Source: an uncultured Saccharofermentans sp. (GTDB lineage Bacteria; Bacillota; Clostridia; Saccharofermentanales; UBA5734). Taken from it: a stretch of DNA of 64,000 bases. Both the position numbers and the translations under genes were made by a program. The DNA lies in the NCBI GenBank assembly GCA_963677835.2, contig CAXXUX010000001.1:1536362-1600361 (forward strand), in the 5' to 3' direction. Position 1 is the stretch's first letter. The number at the start of each line of letters is the position of its first letter. The notes below the pieces were generated by a model. The model searched no databases and was not told the origin of the DNA. It saw nothing but the letters and a program-made list of their open reading frames with translations. Positions 1 through 8,660 of the stretch are shown piece after piece.

Positions 1-27
1 AAATAATAAAATCAACCAATCGAAGGA

Positions 28-453
28 TTATGGCAGACTCTTTTCATATAGCCTAAGCAAGTAGGCTGCTAATCCAAATAATAGCATGGCCCAGCCGGCT
101 GCTGTGAAAACAATCGAATAAGCAGAGGATGTGCCGGCGATTTCGAAAATGCCGTTCAGCAAACTGCCCAGGGTGAGCGCAGCGATGCCGGAGTTATAGC
201 TGTTGTAGAACAGGCGATAGGATTTAACACGATCTGCTTCCGGCACGAAAAGCCAAAGCAGGAGAAATGGCAGCGATCCGCCAAGCCCAGGGTAGAGAAA
301 CATCAAGGTCATTGATGGTGACGATACGCCATGACCGAATATCGCATAGATTTGATTAAAAATGATGCAGAAGACGGATACGGCCAGATAGGCAATCGCG
401 GTTTTTCCTGCCTGGCGGCTTTTTTTAAACGGATCAGGTGCCAATGTAGACAA
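28..453 (-). CDS. hypothetical integral membrane protein (about 4 TM helices)
   Basis: 141-aa ORF with hydrophobic stretches (AIAYLAVSVFCIIF, LPFLLLWLF, AAGWAMLLFGLAAYLL). Its start overlaps the stop of the upstream glycosidase gene by 20 nt. No family motif recognised. Confidence 0.55.
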   Translation of the reverse strand: MSTLAPDPFKKSRQAGKTAIAYLAVSVFCIIFNQIYAIFGHGVSSPSMTLMFLYPGLGGSLPFLLLWLFVPEADRVKSYRLFYNSYNSGIAALTLGSLLNGIFEIAGTSSAYSIVFTAAGWAMLLFGLAAYLLRLYEKSLP

Positions 454-1420
454 TGTCGCTCACCTGCCTTTCTGAAGATGATTTTCCATTCGAAGGGCTG
501 TTGATGACCTGACCGTTAAACCACATGGTAGAAGAGCCGCCGCCGTCAAGATTGTAGGCCACGGTGCATCCTTTGCCTGCGAGCACCTGCGATAGCTCAA
601 GCAGCGATAAGCCGGCATTGTCGCTTGTTCGCCCGTCGGACACGACGAAGATATAGTGAAGTTCTGATATTTGCCCAATGGCCGTTCGTGGATTGCTGGC
701 CATGGATTGGCTGACTTCGCTGTTTGCCGTGACGGCTATCTGGCCATCTTCAATCAAGGCGGGCCCGAAGGACAGAACCTGCCATACATTGGAATCGACA
801 AGGGATTGGGCGTCGGTCTGGCTCTCGTCAATGATGGAAAAATTGCCCAGGCTGTCGATGGCCAATCCCTCGTCGCTTCCCGATTTCAAAGAGGTGTCCC
901 GGTACAAAATGCCGTTGCGCAGGACAAAACCGTAATCGCGAAAACCATAATAGTCGCCATTGATGGCAAAAAGGGCCTGATTATTCTCGGCTATGTCCGA
1001 TGTAGTGGCTTTGATATTGCGTCCATAAGTACTTTGAGCAAAAGCGGTTTTAAGGTAGTCAATGCTTGAAAGCTGGATATCCGCCACGTAGATGTTCGTA
1101 TCATAGTCGCGAAGTGTTTCAATGGTAATCTTGATGTTTGCGTCCTGGTAGGAATGACTCGTTATGACAGAACCATCGGTTGCAGTCGCAGCTTTTGCAG
1201 CAGTTTTTGGCGATGAAGAGGAGGCCGCAGCCATCGTCGCTGTTGTTGAGGCAAGGCTTAACGGAGTCCCGGCACGCGGGATCACGAATGTGTCCAGCAT
1301 GACAAACGTCACGGCAACTGCCAGGATGATGGAAAAGGCCGCCGCCCATCGATAAGGTTTTCGTAAAAATGTAATCATCGTATTTGCCGCTACCTGACTT
1401 TTTTGTTTTGATAACGCCAT
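434..1420 (-). CDS. phosphodiester glycosidase family protein (DUF2233/NAGPA-like) with N-terminal membrane anchor
   Basis: 328-aa ORF with an N-terminal TM segment (WAAAFSIILAVAVTFVML) and an Ala/Ser/Thr linker. Motifs AINGDYYGF, GPALIEDG, NPRTAIGQ and YNLDGGGSSTM are typical of this family. The start is uncertain (alternative ATG at 1378). Confidence 0.7.
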   Translation of the reverse strand: MALSKQKSQVAANTMITFLRKPYRWAAAFSIILAVAVTFVMLDTFVIPRAGTPLSLASTTATMAAASSSSPKTAAKAATATDGSVITSHSYQDANIKITIETLRDYDTNIYVADIQLSSIDYLKTAFAQSTYGRNIKATTSDIAENNQALFAINGDYYGFRDYGFVLRNGILYRDTSLKSGSDEGLAIDSLGNFSIIDESQTDAQSLVDSNVWQVLSFGPALIEDGQIAVTANSEVSQSMASNPRTAIGQISELHYIFVVSDGRTSDNAGLSLLELSQVLAGKGCTVAYNLDGGGSSTMWFNGQVINSPSNGKSSSERQVSDIVYIGT

Positions 1421-1505
1421 TATCGCTTTTGCGGGTGATTATTTTGTGATCAAGACCTGATATTTGGCTAAATTCCCTGACGAAAACAAAAAAGATTAGA
1501 AATTC

Positions 1506-1545
1506 AGAAGGAAGTCTGATAACATAGAAGGAAGTCTGACAACAT
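1506..1545. repeat. tandem direct repeat, 2 x 20 bp (AGAAGGAAGTCTGAYAACAT), 19/20 identical
   Basis: Read directly: unit 1 at 1506-1525, unit 2 at 1526-1545, with one T/C difference. It lies in the divergent intergenic region between the glycosidase and cupin genes. Confidence 0.85.
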
Positions 1546-1582
1546 CAATGATGTAAAGACAATGCAATATCGGGAGGATCAT

Positions 1583-1921
1583 ATGAACGAGGATTATAAA
1601 AAATGTTACAGCCCGGCCAGTGCCGTGAAAAATGAATTTGGAGAGGGCTATTATCAGGTCGTGATTGAAACCGATCAGATATCTTGCGGCGAAATCCATG
1701 TGCCCCCGCATGCCAAAGCCGGATATGACGCTGGACATCAGGATGCCGACGAAGTGTTCTTTGTTGTCAGTGGAACCGCGACCGTTCATTTTCCCAATTC
1801 AGGCGAAGCTGAGGACGTTCCAGCGGGCTGCTATATCATGATGCCGCGCAGCACGCCCCATACCGTTGCCAACAACACGGATCAAGCATTGACGCTCACT
1901 TTTTCCTGCGTGAAGAAATAG
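1583..1921 (+). CDS. cupin domain protein
   Basis: ORF 1562-1921. The ATG at 1583 follows GGGAGG with 5-nt spacing, whereas 1562 has no RBS. Cupin-like His/Glu pattern (HVPPHAKAGYDAGHQDADEVFFVVSG ... PHTV). Confidence 0.65.
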   Translation: MNEDYKKCYSPASAVKNEFGEGYYQVVIETDQISCGEIHVPPHAKAGYDAGHQDADEVFFVVSGTATVHFPNSGEAEDVPAGCYIMMPRSTPHTVANNTDQALTLTFSCVKK

Positions 1922-3275
1922 GGCAGGAGCTGCTTGGATCCAGGATCTTGTCGGCAAAGATCCCGATAAACAAGATTCGGATAATCGAAGCAAAGATAAA
2001 GAGTATCTGGTATCGGTCCAGCAATGGCTGTCCGTTGCTTTTGCCAAACAGGACAGTTGCCTTTTCAAAAAGGCCAAGGAGTGCTCCGCTGACTAATGTC
2101 GCCGGGGCATTTCCCAATACTGCGGTAAGAACGGAGAAGGTTGCGATATAGGCCGCTTTGTTTTTGGCAGGCGTTTGGGAAATGAGCATGTGCTGGCTGG
2201 CCAGATCGTTGACGCACCAGAAAAATCCACCGATGATAAAGAAGATGACAGGGATCCAGGGATTGCCTCTTTTGGCCAGAATCCAAATGAATCCGAGGGC
2301 GCCAGTTGCGGCAAATGCTATTTTGATGACCGGTTTGCAGCCGACACGGTCGATCATTTTGCCCCAGAAAGGCAGGATGATCAAAGAGGTCAGGCTTGAG
2401 GTGATCAGACAGCCAATGGTATAGGTCATAAAATTGATCTGCATTTCGCCCAGAATGTAATAGGCGAAAAATGGCGAACACAGCATATAGGAAAAGTTCC
2501 AGAGTATCCAGAATAACGTCATGCGACGAAACGGCTTGTTTTTGAGCGGCTCGGTCAGCAATTGGCGAATCGGCATTTTATTTTGAAGCCGTTCTGTTTC
2601 TTGATCGGGGTAGCGGACAAAAAACAAGGTCAGGATATCAATGACACCAAACAGGCCGGCCAGGAGGAAGGCAATGACATATCCCTGATCGCCGCTGAAA
2701 AAATCGAGGATAAAGGCGACAAGGATGCCGATGATCGAAGCCGACAGGATGGCGAACCGGTTGCGCAGCGACAGATATGAACCGCAAATATGGCTGGGCA
2801 CGATATTGGACAGCATCATCGTAAAAGAGACGACCAGATAATTGCCGGCCACAGCAGCCAGGGTTACCAGCGCGACAAAGCTCCAAATAGGATTTTCCCG
2901 GCCAAAATCAGGCATAAAGATGGATAGCAGGGCAAAGATCAGCCATAATCCGCGCTGAATCAGGCCGGCTATGATCGTGATGGTCTGGCAGGCTTTCCGG
3001 GATCGCAAAAGCAGAACCGAATGGAATTGAAAGGCGGCGCCCAAAAACGGCAGTGCGGCGACCAGGCCGAAAATAAAATCGCCCGCGCCAATATGATAGA
3101 TGTAGCCGGTCAAGGCCGAGCCGGTTGTGATGCTGGTAAAAATGCTTCCCAGGGCAATGCTGGCAACAAGGATCCTAAGGTTCTGCCGGGTTCTTGGATT
3201 GCTGATTTCCCATTCATTGAACAAGGTATTCAAATAACCTTTGAACACCTTGCTTTTTAACAAATTAATATTCAT
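1896..3275 (-). CDS. MFS transporter
   Basis: 459-aa ORF that is hydrophobic throughout, consistent with about 12 TM helices. RBS GGCGGAG. It lies 53 nt downstream of the ABC permease gene with no terminator in between. Confidence 0.75.
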   Translation of the reverse strand: MNINLLKSKVFKGYLNTLFNEWEISNPRTRQNLRILVASIALGSIFTSITTGSALTGYIYHIGAGDFIFGLVAALPFLGAAFQFHSVLLLRSRKACQTITIIAGLIQRGLWLIFALLSIFMPDFGRENPIWSFVALVTLAAVAGNYLVVSFTMMLSNIVPSHICGSYLSLRNRFAILSASIIGILVAFILDFFSGDQGYVIAFLLAGLFGVIDILTLFFVRYPDQETERLQNKMPIRQLLTEPLKNKPFRRMTLFWILWNFSYMLCSPFFAYYILGEMQINFMTYTIGCLITSSLTSLIILPFWGKMIDRVGCKPVIKIAFAATGALGFIWILAKRGNPWIPVIFFIIGGFFWCVNDLASQHMLISQTPAKNKAAYIATFSVLTAVLGNAPATLVSGALLGLFEKATVLFGKSNGQPLLDRYQILFIFASIIRILFIGIFADKILDPSSSCPISSRRKK

Positions 3276-3328
3276 ATCGGATCTCCGCCGTTATGCGACT
3301 TTTGCAGTAAACGGATCTGGCTTTTGCC

Positions 3329-4165
3329 TCATCCTTTAACGCTGCCGGCCGCCAGACCGCGCACAAATTGTTTTTGTGTCAGCAGAAACAGGGCAATAAC
3401 CGGCAAAATGGACAGGGTCAGGCCGGCAATAACGACGCCCCAGTTCGTTTCAGTGTTGGAAATCATGCCTTTCAAGCCGACTGTGATGGTTTTCAATTTG
3501 CTTGATTCGATAAAGACCAAAGCGAACATGAATTCATTCCAGACAACACGAACGGACAGCAAAATACTGGTCGCAAGGATGGGCTTGGATATGGGCAGAA
3601 TGACTTTGGCCAAAATCTGATTGATGGTCGCACCATCAACAAATGCCGCTTCTTCCAGCTCTTTGGGAATCGTCAGGAAGTGGGACCATAATAGAAATGT
3701 TGTAAAGGGGATGCGAAAGGCCAGGTTCGGGACGATCATCGCCAGATAGGTGTTGTAGAAATGCAGGGTTTGCAGCAGCTTGTACAACGGAATCAAGGCG
3801 ACTTGCGGCGCAAGCATCAGGCCCGCCATGATGAAAATCAATACCGAGCGGCTCAGTTTGGTTTGAACTCTTGCCAAAGGATAAGCGGCAAGCGTTGAAA
3901 AGACAGTCGCGCCAATGGTCGAGACCACGGTTACAAACAAGCTGTTAAAAAAGTATTGCCCGACACCGGTTTTCCAGACTTTGACAAAATTGGCGAACCG
4001 CCAGACTTTCGGCAAATCCCAGGAGCTGACAAAAATTTCGGCATTGTTCTTGAAACCACAGAGAATCATCCAGATGAAAGGATAAAGGGTCAAGCCTGCC
4101 AGGAAAATCAGCATCAGGAAAAGCAACACGTGGATGGCTCGTTTAGGCAAAATTTTTGTATTCAT
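3329..4165 (-). CDS. carbohydrate ABC transporter permease (MalG/UgpE-like)
   Basis: ORF 3329-4189. The ATG at 4165 is preceded by AAAGGAG with 9-nt spacing. EAA-type loop IPKELEEAAFVDGA. Confidence 0.85.
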   Translation of the reverse strand: MNTKILPKRAIHVLLFLMLIFLAGLTLYPFIWMILCGFKNNAEIFVSSWDLPKVWRFANFVKVWKTGVGQYFFNSLFVTVVSTIGATVFSTLAAYPLARVQTKLSRSVLIFIMAGLMLAPQVALIPLYKLLQTLHFYNTYLAMIVPNLAFRIPFTTFLLWSHFLTIPKELEEAAFVDGATINQILAKVILPISKPILATSILLSVRVVWNEFMFALVFIESSKLKTITVGLKGMISNTETNWGVVIAGLTLSILPVIALFLLTQKQFVRGLAAGSVKG

Positions 4166-4189
4166 GTCAACCAACTCCTTTATTTCCAT

Positions 4190-5071
4190 TCATTGGACTT
4201 TGCCGATTTTGGCTTGCCGCATCTGGATGATCGACAAGGTGAATGTGATCAGGAAAACCAGCACAGCGATTGCTGAAGCATAGCCCATTTCATCATTCCT
4301 GAAACCGGCATTATAAAGGTAAGTCGCCAGGGTATGTGTGGAGGTTCCGGGACCGCCTCCTGTCATGACATAGATTTCATCAAAGACCTTGAAGGCGCCG
4401 ATGATCGTAATGACCATATTGACCAGCGTGGTCTCGGCTACCTGGGGTATGGTGATATGGCGGAATTTGGCGATGGCGCTGGCGCCGTCGATCGTCGCGG
4501 CTTCGTAAAGATCCGCAGGTATTTTCTGAATCGATACGATAAAGAGCATCGTCGTGTAGCCAATGTATTGCCACTGGGATACGCCGATGACCGTAAAGAT
4601 GGCGGAAGCCTTGTTGCCGAGCAGGTCCAGATGGGAAACATCAAAACCAAGCTGGGAGAACAAGGCGTTTATGATGCCCATATTAGGATTGAAGACGAGC
4701 TGGAAAAGGATTCCGCAAACGGTGATGGACATTAATGACGGCAAAAAATATACCGTGCGAAAGACGGGCGATAATTTTCGAAAACGCGTATCCTCAAGAA
4801 TAGCCGCCAGGACAAGCGAGCCGCCAACTTGAAAGATAACGGAGAAGACCGCAAAAAGGATGCAGTTCTTCAATGCGGTCAAGATGACAGCGTCACTGAA
4901 AAACCGGGTGAAGTTTTCCAGGCCGTTCCATTTCAGGTCTGGAGAAAAAGCGCTCCATCGGAAAAGGCTATAGAAAAAATTCATGACCACAGGGTAATAA
5001 ATGAACAAACTACAGATGATTAATGCGGGCAACAGATAAAAGAATAAAACTTTTTGCCTGTTATAGGACAC
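4190..5071 (-). CDS. sugar ABC transporter permease (MalF/UgpA-like)
   Basis: The ORF track starts at 5161, but that extension runs through a GC hairpin. The GTG at 5071 follows AAGGAG with 9-nt spacing and gives a typical N-terminus (VSYNRQKVLFFYLLPAL). EAA loop IPADLYEAATIDGAS. Confidence 0.8.
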   Translation of the reverse strand: MSYNRQKVLFFYLLPALIICSLFIYYPVVMNFFYSLFRWSAFSPDLKWNGLENFTRFFSDAVILTALKNCILFAVFSVIFQVGGSLVLAAILEDTRFRKLSPVFRTVYFLPSLMSITVCGILFQLVFNPNMGIINALFSQLGFDVSHLDLLGNKASAIFTVIGVSQWQYIGYTTMLFIVSIQKIPADLYEAATIDGASAIAKFRHITIPQVAETTLVNMVITIIGAFKVFDEIYVMTGGGPGTSTHTLATYLYNAGFRNDEMGYASAIAVLVFLITFTLSIIQMRQAKIGKVQ

Positions 5072-5120
5072 CGGCCATCGCTCCTTAAAGGTTATTATCA
5101 AACGATTGATCAAAGATTTC

Positions 5121-5148
5121 GGAGAGAGGGGATTTCGCCCCTCTCTCC
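5121..5148 (-). other. intercistronic GC-rich stem-loop after the SBP gene (11-bp stem GGAGAGAGGGG/CCCCTCTCTCC, 6-nt loop)
   Basis: A perfect inverted repeat read in the sequence, lying between the SBP stop (5205) and the permease start (5071). Confidence 0.6.
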
Positions 5149-5204
5149 GATTGGGCAGCAAGGTGACAACGGGATAGGCTGTTGGTCAGGGTTGTTGTCC
5201 AGGC

Positions 5205-6566
5205 TTAATTGCCGCCAAGTTCCACGCGAACGGTCTTGGCGATTGTCTGGATTTCCTGCATGACTTTGGTGGTGTCTTTGCTGTCGAAAATTTCCTGGAT
5301 GTTGGTCAGGTATTTGTCGACAATTCTGGCTTCGAATGCGGTATCGAGCCATTCGGCGATGCCGTCGTACTTCTCGATATACTTCATCGCTTCCATGGTT
5401 TCCGGCAAGGCGGTGTTCTCGTTGACCGCGCCTTTGACCGGGATCGGATAACCGGTTTCTTTGGCAAATTTCGCGGCGTTTTCGCTGTTTGTCATATACT
5501 TCAGGAAAGCGACTGCCACATCCGGGTTTTTACACTTTGAGGATACCATGAACATATCGGCGCCGCCAACAATATATTGTTTTTCGCTCGCGCCTTGTTC
5601 ATAATTCGGGAAACCGAAGAAACCCCAGTTGCCATCGCCCATGTTTTCCTTGTACTTCGGGAAATCGGACAGAACGTCTAGGAATATTCCGCCTTTGCCG
5701 GTGTAGAAAACTTCGCGCATCTGGTAGAAAGTCGTCGAATTGACATTGTTGCTCATATAGCCTTTGGTCTGCAGGCTCTTGAGCAGATCCAGGGCTTGCA
5801 CGTAGCCGGCATCGGTAAATTCACCGGTTTTCGGATTGACATCTTTGACCTGGTTGGCATCCGTGACGCACATTGAATTCAGTGCAGTCAAATAATGGGC
5901 GCCAGCCCAGGGCTGCTGATTGCCAAAAAGAATCGGCGTAACCTTGTTGTCCTTCAGGGTCTGGCAAACCGTCATGAACTGGTCCCAGGTTTCCGGCGCC
6001 TGCAGGCTGTACTGGCTGAAGATTTTTTTGTTGTACATGCACATCAGCAAGTCGAGCCGCATGGGGATGCCGTAGCTCTTGCTTTCAAACGTGCCTGGCT
6101 GGATGGCAGCGTCGATAAAGGAATCGCGCCAGGCGGCGTCTGCTTCAAAGTAAGGATCCAGGGGCAGCACATTGCCGGCCCGGACGAACTTGGCAGCGAA
6201 CTCGCCGCTCCAGGAGAAGAAAATGTCAGGCGTTGAACCGCCGACCATGACCCGGAGCTTGTCTTTGATATCCTGGTCGCCAACCGCTTCCATCTTGATG
6301 GTGACGTTGGGATGTTCGGCGACGAATCCGTCGATAACCGACTGGAAATAAGCCATATTGGCTTCTTCCGGCCACTTGTGCAAGAAGGAGAGGGTGACCG
6401 GCTCATTATTGGCTGTCGTGGTGACGGCGGTTTGGCCCGATGTGGATGTCTGAGCCGGTGATGCCGTAGTCGCCGTGCTGGATGATGTTGTTGCCGAAGA
6501 ACAGCCCGTTGTCAGCAAAATGGAAAAAACTAATAGAATGGCAACAGAGATTAAGTGCTTCTTCAT
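5205..6566 (-). CDS. ABC transporter substrate-binding lipoprotein (family 1, sugar/fructosamine type)
   Basis: The ATG at 6566 follows AAAGGAG. Signal peptide with lipobox LLTTGC, followed by a Ser/Thr-rich linker. Its position in the operon corresponds to that of the SBP gene in the B. subtilis frl operon. Confidence 0.8.
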   Translation of the reverse strand: MKKHLISVAILLVFSILLTTGCSSATTSSSTATTASPAQTSTSGQTAVTTTANNEPVTLSFLHKWPEEANMAYFQSVIDGFVAEHPNVTIKMEAVGDQDIKDKLRVMVGGSTPDIFFSWSGEFAAKFVRAGNVLPLDPYFEADAAWRDSFIDAAIQPGTFESKSYGIPMRLDLLMCMYNKKIFSQYSLQAPETWDQFMTVCQTLKDNKVTPILFGNQQPWAGAHYLTALNSMCVTDANQVKDVNPKTGEFTDAGYVQALDLLKSLQTKGYMSNNVNSTTFYQMREVFYTGKGGIFLDVLSDFPKYKENMGDGNWGFFGFPNYEQGASEKQYIVGGADMFMVSSKCKNPDVAVAFLKYMTNSENAAKFAKETGYPIPVKGAVNENTALPETMEAMKYIEKYDGIAEWLDTAFEARIVDKYLTNIQEIFDSKDTTKVMQEIQTIAKTVRVELGGN

Positions 6567-7444
6567 ACTAAATGCTCCTTTAACCATTGTTTTGATATTG
6601 GCATTTCATAACCGATGGCCCCTTTGATCGAACAGATTTTAGTTGCATAGGCTGTCGCGGCAGACATGCAATCAGACAGGTCTTTTCTAGTCAGTTCAAC
6701 ATTGGGCCGTTCTTTCCGTTTTTCGGTGTGTGCTTTTAAAAATGCTGTGATATAGGCGTCACCTGCACCCATGGTATCAATGATCTGGCCGTCAATTGCG
6801 GGCTGTTCGATAAAATCATGCCCGTTATAGAGAATGGATCCGTCTGCCCCCCGGGTTCCAATGACCAGGCGGCTGCCCAGGGCGTTGACTTTTTTTAATA
6901 GCGCCAGGGTCGAATCGTGATCGAGATGCCCGCAAGAAAGAAAGGCATAGTCGACCCATGGCGCAAATTCCTGAAGCATGGCGTCGTTGAAAAAGTCGGA
7001 AAAATCGAAGGATACCCATTGGCCGGCTGCTTTGATTTTCTGGATTTCCGATAACCGGAGGCGGGCATTGATGCTGGTCGAAACCACATCATACCTCTTG
7101 ATATAGGACAGGTCATTTTCTGTAAGCTCGATCGGGTATTTGCCGGTTACGCCGCCCTGGTTGGTTTTGCCGAATACGCGGTTGCCGTCGATCAGCTCAA
7201 CCATGGCATAGCCGTTCTCGCCTTCGCGATACCGGCAATGACTGATATCGACGCCGGTTTCCCGGATTGCCCTGACAATCCCCAAAGCAAGCTCGTCATT
7301 GCCAAAGACTCCGAGAAAGGCGGAATTAGCCCCCTGCCAGTCTGCGTATACGGCAACATTGTACTCGTTGCCTCCGGGATACATCACGCCAAGTTTGCCA
7401 TAGACATCCATAACATTTAAGCCAATGCTGATTATTCCGATCAT
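6563..7444 (-). CDS. frlD: PfkB-family kinase, fructoselysine 6-kinase-like
   Basis: 293 aa. N-terminus GLNVMDVY...YPGGNEYNVAVYA and the PfkB signature DTMGAGDAYITAF. Adjacent to the SIS deglycase-like gene. Confidence 0.7.
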   Translation of the reverse strand: MIGIISIGLNVMDVYGKLGVMYPGGNEYNVAVYADWQGANSAFLGVFGNDELALGIVRAIRETGVDISHCRYREGENGYAMVELIDGNRVFGKTNQGGVTGKYPIELTENDLSYIKRYDVVSTSINARLRLSEIQKIKAAGQWVSFDFSDFFNDAMLQEFAPWVDYAFLSCGHLDHDSTLALLKKVNALGSRLVIGTRGADGSILYNGHDFIEQPAIDGQIIDTMGAGDAYITAFLKAHTEKRKERPNVELTRKDLSDCMSAATAYATKICSIKGAIGYEMPISKQWLKEHLV

Positions 7445-7465
7445 GACTTTGCTCCGCCAATCAAA

Positions 7466-8464
7466 TTAATATTCGACTTTCCACATATATCTTCTGTTTG
7501 TCCAGGGATGCTGTTTGGCATCCGACAGTTTGCGCAAGTAGACATTATTTAGGATAGACGAAAAGATTAAATGATTAAAGTATTCAACAACTGAATCATT
7601 GATCTGGTTCAGGCCAAGCTCTTTGGCATCCAGAAGGAACAGCCGTTCGCCATAATTCTTGAGGAATTTCAAGGACCGTTCATCGACCGGACGGGTACGG
7701 CCTTCGCTCATCAGGACCACAATGGCCAGATTTTTGTCAACTGCTTCAAACGGGCCGTGCAGAAGTTCGCCGCTATTGACGGTCGGCGAATGGATCCATT
7801 GCATTTCCATCAGATTGCAGATTGAGAAAATATAGGCCGAACCCATGCTTGGACCGCCGCCGATAACGTAGATGACTTTGTCGTCTTTACATTGCTCGGC
7901 AAAGATTTCCGCTTTTGGCAAAGCATATTCGTAGGCCTGGCGATAGATCTTGTCAATAATTTTCATGCCCTGGACCGCGTCGGCATAATGGCTGTAACCT
8001 TCCAGCTGATAGAGCAGTTCGAATGCGAACATCAGGCCGATGCTGGAATTGACATTTTCTACTTTGGATTCGTCAAGGGCAATACTTTCATATTGAATGG
8101 CGTATTCACTGACCGTTGTCAATTCGGATTCCTGAACGTAAAGCGCTACAGTCGCTGCTCCTGCATTACGGGCGGCCTTGGCTGCTTCGGTCGTTTCAGG
8201 GGTTCCGCGCATCGAGCAAAGAACAACAATGCTGTTTTGATCGACGCCTTTGGGCAGGGCATGGACAAACTCATTGCTGGTATAAATGCCGGTGACGAGG
8301 TTGGGCGATTCATGTTCAATCAAATAGAAGGCCGGGTAGAAACCTGCATAGGATCCGCCGCAGGCTACAAAATAGACCCTCTTGATACCTCCTTTCTCTT
8401 TTCTGCTGTCCAGGATCTCTTTGACAATTGGTTGGACATCCATGACGGCGAATTCTCCTTTCAT
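7466..8464 (-). CDS. frlB: SIS-domain protein, fructoselysine-6-phosphate deglycase-like
   Basis: 332 aa. SIS motif VYFVACGGS, with a C-terminus RRYMWKVEY shared with the paralog at 61359-62372. An alternative start ATG at 8443 is preceded by AAAGGAG. Confidence 0.7.
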   Translation of the reverse strand: MKGEFAVMDVQPIVKEILDSRKEKGGIKRVYFVACGGSYAGFYPAFYLIEHESPNLVTGIYTSNEFVHALPKGVDQNSIVVLCSMRGTPETTEAAKAARNAGAATVALYVQESELTTVSEYAIQYESIALDESKVENVNSSIGLMFAFELLYQLEGYSHYADAVQGMKIIDKIYRQAYEYALPKAEIFAEQCKDDKVIYVIGGGPSMGSAYIFSICNLMEMQWIHSPTVNSGELLHGPFEAVDKNLAIVVLMSEGRTRPVDERSLKFLKNYGERLFLLDAKELGLNQINDSVVEYFNHLIFSSILNNVYLRKLSDAKQHPWTNRRYMWKVEY

Positions 8465-8499
8465 GTTAGGTTATTTGGTTGTACGCTGATGTAACGTGT

Positions 8500-8508
8500 T
8501 GTCTGGTG
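8500..8508. promoter_or_regulatory. candidate operator half-site TGTCTGGTG (copy 1) in the frlR/frlB divergent region
   Basis: The identical 9-mer recurs at 8587-8595. This copy lies just downstream of a TATAAC hexamer on the minus strand. Confidence 0.3.
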
Positions 8509-8586
8509 TTATATTCTTCATTAGCGTACCATCGTTTCGCCGGTTTGTCTAGAGCAGAATATTAAATTGCCCGATCAGGCAAAATA

Positions 8587-8595
8587 TGTCTGGTG
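8587..8595. promoter_or_regulatory. candidate operator half-site TGTCTGGTG (copy 2)
   Basis: An identical 9-mer that overlaps the -35 position of a TGnTAGAAT extended -10 promoter (8611-8619) facing the GntR gene. Confidence 0.3.
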
Positions 8596-8660
8596 ATGTA
8601 TGATTTGGCATGATAGAATAAAAATTGAATCTAGAGACAACTAAACGGAGCACAAAAAAC

